DNA of 54,890 nucleotides, counting the filler, from Sphacelaria rigidula (Eukaryota): the NCBI GenBank assembly GCA_964200075.2. It is 4 parts of 4 records of this genome, joined end to end, with 100 filler letters (N's around TTAATTAATTAA, not from the genome) between each part and the next. Parts side by side here need not be neighbours in the genome. Positions count along the whole stretch, not along the records: positions 1 to 13,649 come from CAXNAA020002744.1; 3 more parts are not named here. The stretch is one strand, 5' to 3'. The notes under the pieces are model-generated. The model had not been told where the DNA came from and searched no databases. It was given only the letters and a program-made list of their open reading frames with translations. Positions 1 through 12,700 of this stretch are shown piece by piece. Each line of letters opens with the position of its first letter. Positions within the stretch are counted from its first letter, which is position 1. The position numbers were made by a program, and so were the translations under genes.

Positions 1-67
1 CGTCCCGGCTTTGTAGGGATTCGAGGTCAATGGTCTTATGACTATGGCATGCATGATCATGAGTACC
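1..67 (+). mobile_element. 3' tip of a dispersed non-LTR retrotransposon-like repeat (family B)
   Basis: CGTCCCGGCTTTGTAGGGAT..GAGGTCAATGGTCT.ATGACTATGGCATGCA.GATCATGAGTAC recurs at ~31715-31790 and ~34225-34290, and reverse-complemented at ~9305-9375. Confidence 0.7.
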
Positions 68-727
68 GTAAAACCACTCTTTGCTTTTTCTGTTCTTTCC
101 GTCGATGTTTGCAACCGAGTACGGTGCAGCGGTACAAATCACGCCGTACCACATGGCGAAAACAGACTATGATATCTTGACAGCGTGCATAAAACATATT
201 CTCGAGGTATTCTACCGTAGGGGGTGCACGTTTCAGTTCAAACGCTTTCTGAGGCTGCACGCTACGGTCCAGATGTTTGTAATCCAGAGGCCCCGACAGT
301 GGAATGGCTAAAATAACACAAGTGAGCACCCCTGCAGCACCGTAAAGCCAATTTCGTGCTTTTTCCCGTGACGTTTCGAAAGTTATTGATTAAAATGATT
401 CGAAGTCGAGTTCGCCAACTCCTGCACGAGTCAGATGTAAACCACTGCGGTGTTCGTAGGTTGTATTGTATATGTGTATGTATATATCATACTGTGTATC
501 TCTCCTTCTTAGTATCTCCTTCCCTCGAGATAGTTTTCTTCGGGGGTGTTTTCCGTTCTGCGTACCTGGATGGTAATCACGGTTGAATTTTCGGGTCATC
601 ATCTAATGTGTGTCAATCAATAAATTAAGCAATCAATCGACGGAGATTATCGAGGATTGGCGGCTTCATGTTCCACTGATTATGACATCAGACGCCGCGT
701 TTGTCTTCTCCGCATCATGTTGGTTAG

Positions 728-3700
728 GTGACAACGACAGCATTGACGACCGCTGTCGGCCCTCAACACCAAGCGCCGAACGATACCGCATACTCGTTTC
801 AATCGCTGGAAGCATGGCCCTCGCTGTCCCTCACCAATGTGAGTTTGCATTCCGTCCCTCCGGTCCATGTACAACAGATCGAATTTTGTTGGTGTAGCTT
901 GTGCTGTCCTCGTTCCGTAGTATACCAGAGATGTGTTCTTTCTTCTGTCCCAACTGCTGGGCAACACACAACAGGCGGATATCGTATGTAAACATTGTTC
1001 GGACGCCGTTTATAGATGTGGTCTTTATGTCTCCAACCCTTTCAAGTACTTTGGAGCTGCGACGAGATGGTGGAGATATGAGGCAAAAACTTGCACTCGG
1101 ATACTGCCTTCTAAATGCCATAGTTTTCAATGCGTGTTTTTCGTGATATTTCAGATCGGCTCGCCGGAGGAACTCTCTAGTAAAACTCGAGTGTCGAAAT
1201 GCATGGAGCGAGAAAACATTTCCTGAACGTTCTCAGCACCGGCCCGATTGTTCAATTGCTTCTGCTCCCACTCGATGGGCATTACATACTTTCCACTTTA
1301 CCTCGACACACTGCTGCCCCCATCAGAAGAAGGGAGTTGATACAAGCAATCATAGCAACAACACTATTCTACGTATGTATCGAGATTTCGCAAGGGGTTG
1401 CATGTCACTGCATGTTGGAGCACTTGCTGTGAACACGGCCAACAAACCAGCTGAGTCACGAATCTGCGTCCCAGATCGCCCTCACGATTTCGCCACTCAC
1501 ACAAATCTCAGTGGATTCAATGCTGAAAACGTTCGTTTGCGTCCTGCGTGCCGTCTATTTTGGTGTCTATTGCCGGGTAGGTTGGGAAGGTCGCAGATCA
1601 ACAGTACGATGGTAATGCTTCGCGTCTGGCCAGCAACGGGTTGGCCGACGTGGGAGAGTACACCACTTATGAGATTACGATAACCAACACCGGTGAGAAC
1701 AATGCTTGCCCACAGCGGTAGATTCCAACCGGTGGGGTTGGTTTTCATTTTTGCGATACTCCAGTGGATATATTCTCATACCTGAACATAAGAGCGCGCT
1801 GTGAAGAGTCAAGGTTAGAGTTGTGCCGCATGACTCTTCAATGCCGCATAGAACCCCGGGTACTACCCCATATAGGCAGAGGTTGCAAACCGGACGCCCT
1901 GTACAGGTGAATGCAAATACTAGACAGACGTCAAGATGAACATGAACACCTCGAGGTGAAGTAAACGGCGAAGTAACTGAACTCACTCGTGCATTCGCTA
2001 TAGCAAGCATTACCTGCACCCGGCTTACTTGTTGATGTGGCTGGTCACTTTACGCTGGTCGGACGGTAGTAAGCATCGGCGGCGATGTTGCGTCTGTGGT
2101 GGAAAGTTGAATGCTTCCGCACACTCAGCAGAAGAAAGCAATAAGTTCGGGCTGTAGTGCTTCAGGTTTGATCATGCGTGCTAGTGACACGCATCAGGCA
2201 CACAAAAATGTCCTGATACCATATACTTTTTGCCTGCAAACTTCCTCAAGATTGTGTGAAAACCGATGTTTCATCGTGACACAATTGGTTTAATATCGGG
2301 TGACACATCTATCTTCAGCCCCATATTTAATACATTGATATTGTACCCGATAAATCAATATTCTGACGGTCGATAATACGATACTCATCTCTGCATGTAC
2401 GCATCCCTATTGCGCGCCGTGATGCCCGTGCGGATATTTTCATGCGTTCCTCTGCCGTTTAATTTTTGAGCCATCTTCTCGTTTTTCGCGTGTTCTTCTC
2501 TCTGCCCTCACCCGGTATACTCTGTGTCCCGCTGCTGCACAGCTGGCGGTTGAGATTTCGTGCTCAAATAGTGCGGGTCCCAAATACTTGATTGGCGATC
2601 TGCGTGGTATTTGCCTCTTGTGCGGCTTCCTGACCTGAAGCCCTCGGAGATATTGTGGTCCAGCTCGTGAACGGCATTAGATCTTAGCTTGCCGCTATTC
2701 CATACCGTTTCACTTTTGTTTCGCAAAAGCTTATGCTGATTGTTGTCTCCTTGTATGTTCGCCCATCCGCCTCGTGCGCATTTCCCCTCCCTATTTCGTT
2801 TGAGCGAAAAAGTGTTTCTGTACATTCACCGTAGGGACGTCGATCTTCTGACCACATCACAACTTGATTAGGCCCGGGTTAGTTAAAGTAGTGTGCGACA
2901 AATAATCAGCCTAATTACTCCATCACTGGTGCCCCGCAGGGATGCTGAGCGTTCACAAAATCGTGGTGGAAGAGATGCTAGAAGGGGCGGAGGTGGTGTG
3001 CGACACGCATCACGTCGGTCTAGGTCGCAGCTATGTATGCAACGCGACGTACCCGCTGACGCAGGTAAGGCTTGGCACACGTACGCTGGTCTCATTCGAG
3101 ACACTGCGCATACTGATTTTATTATTCTTGCCGGTTTGGCACTTCCTGTATCTGGTTCGTGTCTATATGTTTTCACTGTGGTGGCTGCGACTCAAGTGAG
3201 AGAATCATCGGACTGAGCAAGTGAAACGATGCGAGTGCGTGGGCGAAGGACGATCGCGTCAATTCCCGTTTGTCCTGTGTCCATCAAAACATACATTGGG
3301 AAGGTGCTCAAAGGCTGAACGAACGCGGGGGAACACGCACGTTCGAAGCGGGCTTTGTCCGTAATGCCGTCGACGTGATCGTGCCAGCTGATGAAACAAT
3401 ATTCGACCTCGACGGCAATCCTCCCCGGAATATCGAGTCATGGTCTCTCCACAAAATGTAAATGTCAAGTGCAACAACACCATTCCGCGTATTCCACAAA
3501 TCCGTGCAGATCTCATTCTCATTTCCTCGGCGACGAATAATCAGCGCTATAGTCAAACGACGATGCCAGAAGATTTCCCACTGGCAGATAATGTACGAGG
3601 ACATTCCGATACTCACCTGAACCAGAATTGATGCGAGTCTTGGGCTGAACAGAGCGGTTCTTCGCTTCTGGACTAATGTTGTCGTACCACTGTTCCTGCT

Positions 3701-6700
3701 TTTTCCCAGTTTCGTTTCAGCGAGTGTCTCCCTCTTTTTGCCTCAGACATGTCGTATCTCGTGGCCACAGTCGCGTTCGTATCGGAACAGGAAAATCAAG
3801 CAATCAACTTTGAAGAAGAGGGCGGTCATTGAGAGACGATGTAGCGTACTTGGCAGCCACATTACCCACGGCATGCATGCAAACTCGGGCGAACATATCG
3901 TCCAAACCCGGCATGGTGGTCGAGAGAGCAACAATTTCGAAGCCGCCGAATAGACCACGGAGCTCACAGTCAACTGTGATGATGTGTGCTCATGTTTTCC
4001 TCGGACCGAACGACAAACAGAACGACCTGGACAACGGGGAAGTCACCAACGTCGCCCGTGCAGTCGGCTATGGTCCAAGGAAGAGTGGAAGTGATGGTGA
4101 AAACCGTTCATCCACCGAGGCTGAGGGTAGCGCTTGGGTGGATCTTCCGCAACACGCCTCCTTACAGGTTTGCAGCTCACGAACGTGGGCACGGACACTC
4201 CTCGTTCACAAAAAGAACAGAGTATTATACTATAATGTGAGGTTATCACAGACTATCCCGTCAGACTGCAATCATGTACCTTTTTTGTAATGCATCGTCC
4301 CTTCGGTGGTACTTGATTTTTATTCCACTAGCTGTTGTCAATAATTCCTGGTACGCACGTATTTGCTTTGCACAACTCATTCCAGGGTGGCACCTCGAGT
4401 TCAACCTGCCCATACGCGTGGATCAGTTGCTCGTCATTGCCTGCCACCTGTGTCTGTGTCCATCGATTGCTGAGGAAGATCGTTCAATTCACTTCTCTTA
4501 GCCAACGTGTGTAGCACGGGTTGGGTTGCGGAAGAATAAACCTGCCTTCGGTTCTGCAAAACGTACAACCTTCAGAGACATGAAGAGAAATACGCGTAAA
4601 ATATCCTGTAGCAATTTAGGATACATCGGAAGCATGTTATACTAAATGAAGTGCCTATACTACGGGCGAAGGGTACTATCCCCGAGTTGCGCACACCTGC
4701 TTCACGTTACGTGCGTTATACTCGACCATGTCGACGTCCGTGCACCAGAGTTACCGAGAGTCTGTTCTTCGCAGAAATTGGTTGCGTTTCTGGTTAATAC
4801 CGCAAGAAACCTTCCACGTTCGGGGAGGAAATATGCTTTCTGATCTTAACAATGATCGTGCTGGGTATGTGACGTCATGTCTTGTTTGTACGGCAGATGG
4901 ACCAGGCGTGTACTTGGGAAGACGGGAGTCCAGAAGATGGTTGGCCGGATCCTGGCGAATTCATGCTCCTCACGTACACTATCAGGTGAATCATTACATA
5001 GGATGTATTCATTCTGCGCTTGTCATGAACTACCTGCATATGATGATTTGACTGCATTTCCTGTATCACGAGCTGAGCATTCATAATGGCACGAATTACG
5101 CGCGCACAGGCACGACCCAACCCACGTGTGGTGTTCACATACCTCCTTGAACGCGCTGCGTCAAAAAGGACAGTGAATTTGTCTCCTACGCTTGCGTGCA
5201 CAATTTCTCAACTGAACAACTCCTCAGCTGCTCAAGTGATCTCCGTACCCCTGTGAAGCCGGAAGTATAACGCGTATACTTGACCGTCAATTCTGACTAT
5301 GTCAGACGTTAAGTGAATGGTGATGAATAGATGCGCGTGTGTATTTGCATGATGAACTTCGAGAATGTGCACACCCGATCGGCCAACCGCGAATAGAAAC
5401 AACGGCAGCGTAACGCTTTTGGACGGAACCATACTCGAGAGAGACGGAAGTGGAGGAGGGATCGACTGCTCGCTAGATTCACTGGCGCCAAACGACGAGG
5501 TGGAAGCGCACTTGAAGCGAACAACTGAATTTGATCGAAAACATCACCTACGTCTATTTTATGTCTTTTTTTTAGGCCTTACCGCTTCTTGATTTCTGTG
5601 GTTTCTGTCACTAGGCTCGATGGACGGATGATGCTTTGAAAATATGTCTTTTCCGCTACCGATGGCCGGCACGACAAATTTCGTAGCCTAGCGGACGTGT
5701 AGCAAGAAGCTGGCTGAAAATGGTATGTGCTAGGTAGTTTAACCCATTTCCCAAGAGTCGGGTAGGGTGGGAGCTCGGGATTCACACCCGGCTGGTCCTC
5801 CAATCGTTTCCGACGGATGTTTTTGGGTTCCACCGAGCTTTCACACGATACACAACCGCTATTTGTGTGTTTCTTTCAGGCGACGTGCACATCTTTGAAC
5901 GTCATCACCCAGTCAGACATCGACTCAGGCTCGGCCACAAGCACCTCCACTATCACTGCCATGAGGTGAGTATCGCCGACAACCATCTGCCGTGACCAAC
6001 TTTTCCGCGCCGCGGTGACCCAACAGATAGTGCACCAAGACGTGATTGGGCAGGTTCCGTGGGTTGTAGTCCCGTCGTAGAATTACTTTCGAGCTTCCGA
6101 TGTCCAGAATAGCATGAAACCGTAAGTTGGGAAAGGACATTGATGAAAGTCGACAGACTGCAGGAGTTCTCATCCGATGCACGATAATGCAGTACGATAT
6201 TAATTGTTTTCTGAGGAGTAGAGACTCGTCCTGCGGAGAGGGGGAGCGAGCCAGGGGTGGAAGGATCACAGTTGAACATAACGACACAAAACAAGAAGTA
6301 TAACTCTACGTCTCCACACGGGGACTGAATGGTAGTAGCGTTCTGCATTCACTCGGTCACTTGGTTGAGTCCTGCCTCGACATAGTTAGCTGAGTACGTC
6401 TGGAGCATTGTCGATACCATGAGTGCTACGTATGCGGACGCCCTAGTGGATACCCAACGGCAGCAACAGTTCCGCCGACGTGACTTTTCCTGTTAGCTTC
6501 TCAGCTTACATCATCTATTTCCCCAAGGTAACAAGTCAATGCTGTCGCGCTACCATACACGCTTCGGTGGAGGATCCCAGAGTCCATTGTGCATGTTCAG
6601 ATCAAACCTAGCGCGTACAAAAAGACCGTAGCTCCAGCGCTGTATCATGAGCCGCCCTGCGGGCGGCTTCCAGCTGTGCACTCCCAAGCCCCACTGTAAA

Positions 6701-9700
6701 TTCATAGCGGCTTGTTCGATCTGTTTTTGTACTTGTTTTTTCTCTCACAGTCCCCTGCAACTGCCTACGGCGGGTTCGGCAGCTTGCTCCTGGTTATGGG
6801 AAGATATACCGCCTTTGATAACGGCAAACGTCACCGCGCGTTTCGTGGATGAGAGTGGCGATGGCCTTGCCCAACTAGGAGAAACTATAACGTTCAATAT
6901 CACTATCGTCAACACGGGCAAGGTACTGCCATTCATCTTTGTTTGGTCCACCGTGTAAGGATTGTAACATTGTTGAAGTTTAGAGTAGAGTCGAATCCGC
7001 ACTAGGTGTATCAACGTTATCGACACTACAGAAACCCGACGCCGGTGTTTCTTGCAGCAGTATAGACGTTTCCGAATAGTACGAAAAGTCGGCTCACGTT
7101 GTGTGCGTTAACGTCGTCGAAGTGTGTTACCCGCGGATGGATCCTACTGCGACGCGCTCCAGGCAGCTCCGACCTCCGGTCTAGTACTTCCAGCTACGAG
7201 CTGCTGCTGAAAAGGCTAGGAGAAGAACAATTAGAAGGGTCGGCATAGTGAAGGGTGTACCGCACAAATACGCGAGGACGCTAGTTCTATCTAATATGAG
7301 GTGTATGACGCGTAGCCTTTGATTCGTTGATCACCTGAGTACCCCCATCACTGTCAATACTGGCAAGGTAAAGTCCAATAGGTATAGAGCTGTATTATCG
7401 ATTAATCACGCGACTATGACGGGAAGGTGTTCGGGAACATGAGCACCGTTCACTACAGTTTGAAACTTTTCATATCAGCCAAACCACGAGTGCTACTGCT
7501 CGAGAAACAAGTAGATAGCCTCAAAATCTCCCGGATAGGAATGGTTCGCAGAAATGAAAGCAAGAATCAGGACATGGTTTTGCGGACGTCCCATCTCAAC
7601 AGCGAGGCGAATTCAAGTGGGGAACCACATACCCTCGCAGGAGAATCCACAAAGAAGCAAACTCAACATAAATGTTCCCTCCCTCTCGTCAATCAACCGA
7701 ACGTGTCCCCCTCAGGTAACCGTAAGCATTATCGACGCGATTGCAACGGCAGTATCTTCATCATCTTCAACCAACGCGACCGCCGTGAAATCCAACCATT
7801 CGGAATCATCGGGATCTACTCTTTCCCCGGGCGAAACGCTGCACTCCACTTCGGAGTACTCAATTAGCCGAGACGAGAGTAACCTCGGCGAGGTAAGAGC
7901 ACCCGTGCTCGACGACCCACTGGGACTGGAAGTCGCATACGAAGAGCTAAATGAAGCGAGGAACGGTGTGATAGATCTTCTCCATCCGAAACCATAGCTC
8001 TGCGGTGTTTTTGTCTTCATACTCGAGCTTCTATTATATTGACTCTTTGAAGGGGTGAGGCCACATTTCGGACCAATATCTCAAGCTGACCTTCAACGCC
8101 GTCGACGAAGGCGCAATCGCTGAGCAGCTCCTCCCTCCTCATGAGTACCATCCCTAGTGACAACATGCCGCATATTTTCTTGGTCTCCAGTTCATCAATA
8201 TAGAATACCGTTGCACCGAAGCAGTTGTCCTTCACGTGTTTTCAGTGGTTTCTTCGAAGCTCATCTGGTCAGGGGCCGCGCCCTTGGGGTTCAGTGTATC
8301 GTAGCACTAACGGACTACAACGACATCCCACGCCGAGCTCACCTGTAGTACTTGGGATTACTCTGGTGTCTAAGGGTTTAATCCGGGAGAAAATCGTGAA
8401 AAATAGCACTTATCAGCCGGGGTTGTCATACTGCGTCGGAATCATCCTACGATCGGGGGGGGGGTCTTTTGGGCCATTTGTTGCTCGAAATTTCGAGTCA
8501 GATNNNNNNNNNNGAAGGATGTCTGACACAATTATGAGCCTCTTTTTTCGTGCAACCAAATACCTCCCCCCCTATCGTAGGATGACTCGTCGGCTACAGT
8601 ATTGTGTCGCATAAGTGGGCAACGACGACACTCATACCCACCCCGACACTACTGCTTGCAATGCGCGGGGGAGAGGGGCGTTTTTTTCTGTTGCTTGCCT
8701 CTGTGGTTTGACCATTGACCACGCATCCCTTTCGAAATGGAGCACTGTTCCTACCCCTTATAAGGAGCGCTTCAATAGTAGGGGGCTCGTGACGTTATTT
8801 CTTTACATTTCATAAGAACAGTGCACATATCTTATCCTCTTCCTGTTTCGCCATCTGTGGCCACCATCTGTCTCCTAGCATTGCGATCGTTTTGTCCCTA
8901 CTATCAAGTGTACCAAACGTTTTCATGCTATTTCCGTACAGTTCCCCAATTCCCTCTGACACGTCCCGTCCCTCCTTGTATAGCTCATATTCGCCCACTA
9001 CATGAGTTCCGCTCTCTGTTACTTTCCCACAGGGGAAAATTCTGCTATCACCTCCACCCGACTACTGGTATACCTCTTCTTCTTTGCAACGGGCGTACTC
9101 ATTTTTTGCTTACCTTGGTCGTCTGACCATTGACCATCTTTGCAACGGGGGGGGGGGGGGGGTTGGGGGGGTCCTTGGCCCTGGCGTGCCATATGGAGAA
9201 GCCCGCCAACCCCCCTACTGCNNNNNNNNNNCTTCTTTTTCCTGTGGTGCTGGTCGGGTCTCGGCGCGGCGGAGGGGGGGGGGGGGGGGGGGGGGGCGGA
9301 CTGGGGGGTCTCATGACCTTGCATGCCATAGTCATGAGACCATCAACCTCACATCCGTACAAAGCCGGAGCGGTGCAGGTCGGGTTCTCAACGGACCAGG
9401 CTCACAATCACCAGGCGCGAAGCGCCGTGATGTGTTCGGCGAGTCGCGCGAAGGGTGGGCTTCATCTTACTAAGATTGTACTGATAATCTTGAATGTGGA
9501 TGACAACCTCGAATGAGTTGCTTCATTTTCTGGTATCACCACTTCCAGAGACGGCCACGGGGTTACACATTTGCCTCATGGTTGTTCATCATGTGAACGC
9601 CACCTTGTACGATAATCTCATTCACGCGGAGTTTAGGTTATGATCTAAGCTCCACCACGATCATGGCTACCGCAGAAGAACCCAAGCGAAGAAAAAACTG

Positions 9701-12700
9701 TACACCGCTTGCCTCGGCTACGCAATGGGGGGGGGGGGGGGGGGTGCCGAAGACGCAGGTGAAGGTTGTTGACGCTCTCGCGGGGGTGGGGTGGTGTACT
9801 TTTTTAACAATTTTTGTTACTCNNNNNNNNNNTTTATATTTTGTGTTTTTTTTGTTTGTGTGTTTTTTGTTTGTTTTGTGTTGTGTGGGGTGGGTTGGTT
9901 TTGGTTGGTGTAAGACAAGACGGGAACAGATGCTACGTCTCCCCCAGGGAGCCGTGTGTGCTACTCTTATACAAATATCGAGTTTAGATTATGGTGAATC
10001 CAGCGTGGGACTCGTGTTGGGTCATTGTTTCTGTATTACTCGCGCGGTTTTTTCTCAAGCCACAAAGATGTAAGGTCGTGGTTACTGACTACAAATGACT
10101 CAAGTGGTCTAACTCGTTAGATGCTGGTATATGTATTCGTCATACTTAAGCGTTCAAAATCCTTGGGAGAAGTCAGTCGTCCTGAAGAACCCTCCCATCT
10201 CTCACGCGGTAGCTGCTTTGAAACGCATTGTAAAGCATTGGATGACGATTCATTCCCACGCTTTCCACGACAGGAGCTACCAAGAAAAGATATTTCCATT
10301 ACGATTCAGGCAGAGCATGTACCAGTTTGATCCCCGAGTCGCGACAGTCTTGTAGAACTCAGGCGGAACACGACAGAGCTTTGACCTCACTTGATATCCA
10401 TCGTATTGGAATTTAACCACGGTGACAAACGTTTCTGCTCCGACGGTGCCTTGTTGCATACTCGGCGAAAATGACGCAGAGCACAGCGGAGGTAGCTGTG
10501 ACAGTTACAGGCCCCAACGGCACAGAAGCAACGTTCACCTATACCTACATCCAAGATCTCCCGACGAAGCACGGCGTGTCACTCACGTTGATTGGAGGAG
10601 ATACTGCTTCATCTGACGTAGACGGAGACGGAAGATCGTCCAACGGCGATGTCGTTACTTTTGCACTTACGGTCACGAACACGGGGAGTGTAGATCTCAC
10701 AGGAGTACGAGTGCTGGCGGCGGAATTGGATGGGCTGGGCTGTCAGCGATTCGTCCCCTCGGCCAGCACCACAGGTTTGTGGGCAGGGTGTACCCTTGGC
10801 CTGCCCGATATTCTGGTCCGTGATATTCACGCAGACTTCAGGCTGATGTCTGTTCAAATTACAACGTGCTGGGTGATGCATACCACCGCAGCCGACCAAA
10901 TTGTTTGAGCCCCAATTTCGTGCGTCAATACGAGTGCTCGGCGCTAGACTTGATTGTTTCCAGGGAAAAACAACTTCTGAGTATTTTCACGACTTCCAGC
11001 GGATTGAGGTAACTACCTGCGTGTGTGTGTCTGCAGGCCAAAGCCGAAGACTTGATTGGACCACGAACGATACCGATCACGATACATTTCCCCAGGGCGA
11101 AAACTATACGTGCACAGGATCGTACACGCTCAGCCAGGTCAGTACTAAAGTACGCAAATATCGAGTATAACACTGCCATGGCTAGGAGTTATTTTGGGGG
11201 GGAGAGTTGAGACCCCACAATACACTCCGAATAAATCGACCCACGGCGCGCTGTATATTTGGCAGTTCCATAAGACTCAGTTGTCGATGCACCAAACGCT
11301 TGGCTTGAAAAGGTATGTACGGAAATACCTGGCGGGTTCATCGCAATTTTGGCGATGACACTGCTTTGAAAAGCTCAGCATCTTCTCCTAGCACTACAAT
11401 ACTGTACACAGTTGAATACCTCCCTCCGACAGGCAATAGGCTCCGCACAGACCACCATCATGCGTGTTCAAGGGTGTCAACCGATTCTGATCATATTAGA
11501 CGTTGATTAAGCGATGGTGTGTATATATGCGATACATTTCTCCTCGACAGGATGATGTCGACGCGGGGGTGTTACACGCTACAGCTAGCGTCACGGGATA
11601 TGCTAAAGATGCAGGTAAGCATAGGCAATACTGACTGCCAGGTTCTGCGTCGTTTTATTGCCTGCCCTTTCAACAGTGCGCAGACTCGTAAAGGAATGCT
11701 TCTGCAGAATATATCAGATGTTTCGCTCAGACATTGTTCAACGCATGGAAAATATTGTTCACCTGCCCTCTGCTAGTATGCAGACTCGGGGTGGTAAAAA
11801 TTGCTGCATAATACAATCATACCAGCTCAGACCTTTTTCGAAGTTCCAACAAAATACCGTGCTGTAAGTAAGTAAACGAACTTCCGTCGGGCAACAGCGT
11901 TTGCAGTTGAAAGAAAAAGGTATTGTCACGTCTTTAAACGGGGGGAAAGATGTTTTTCCTCCGGCTATCTCGCGAACGTTGCTCGCCATCAATCATTGGT
12001 CCACGAAGGTGCTCCAGTAAATGTGTACAAGCAACGATATCTTTGTTCAAAACCAGCCCTCGAACACTTGACCTGCTAAGGAGTATGTCCAACGTGTTAT
12101 ACCTATCGTACCTACTTCTCTCCGAAAAAATCTGAAAGGGATATCCAGTGCTGCATATTTCCATACAGACTGGCGTTTTAGGTACATTTTGCTATCTCAC
12201 GATCTTCGGCGACTGCTTTCCTTGGATCCGCCATGGCTGCATAACTGCAGGACGTCCGAATGTTAGATACTTTGGGGTCAGGGTCGGCTCATTGGCTCAA
12301 CGGCATCACCTGTTTTCATACGTCCGCCCTCGGAGTGGACATTTTATGTCAATGAAAGTCTTCTTGTCGGGACCCTTTTACGTTAGTGCTTCGTCTCAAT
12401 CACAACGTGTTCGGTTTTTGATGTTCAGGCGGAACCTTTGTGGCGGCTGGTGCCGAAGAAACGCAGATCTTGGAGGCACATCATTCCGTAGTACTGGTAA
12501 AGGTAAGAGAATCCTCGGATAATTCAATATGCTTGGCTATACCCGTACGTAAGAGACCAAGACGTATATACTCCTGCAGAACGCAGTCCTTTCCCTTGTT
12601 TCTTCTCACATCTAGCGTCTCCCCTTTTCCCTGAGGACGATCCTGCGGTGTCAATGGACCATCCCATCTTCCTCTCTCTCTTTATACCCGATAAACGCCT

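Noticed and set aside
3386-3400. CTGATGA hammerhead core (also ~34680)
   Set aside because: No stem II followed by GAAA, and no flanking stems.
3617-3690. Possible minus-strand exon (WYDNISPEAKN..|GTGAGT) nested in an intron
   Set aside because: No polypyrimidine tract at the acceptor and no partner exons found.
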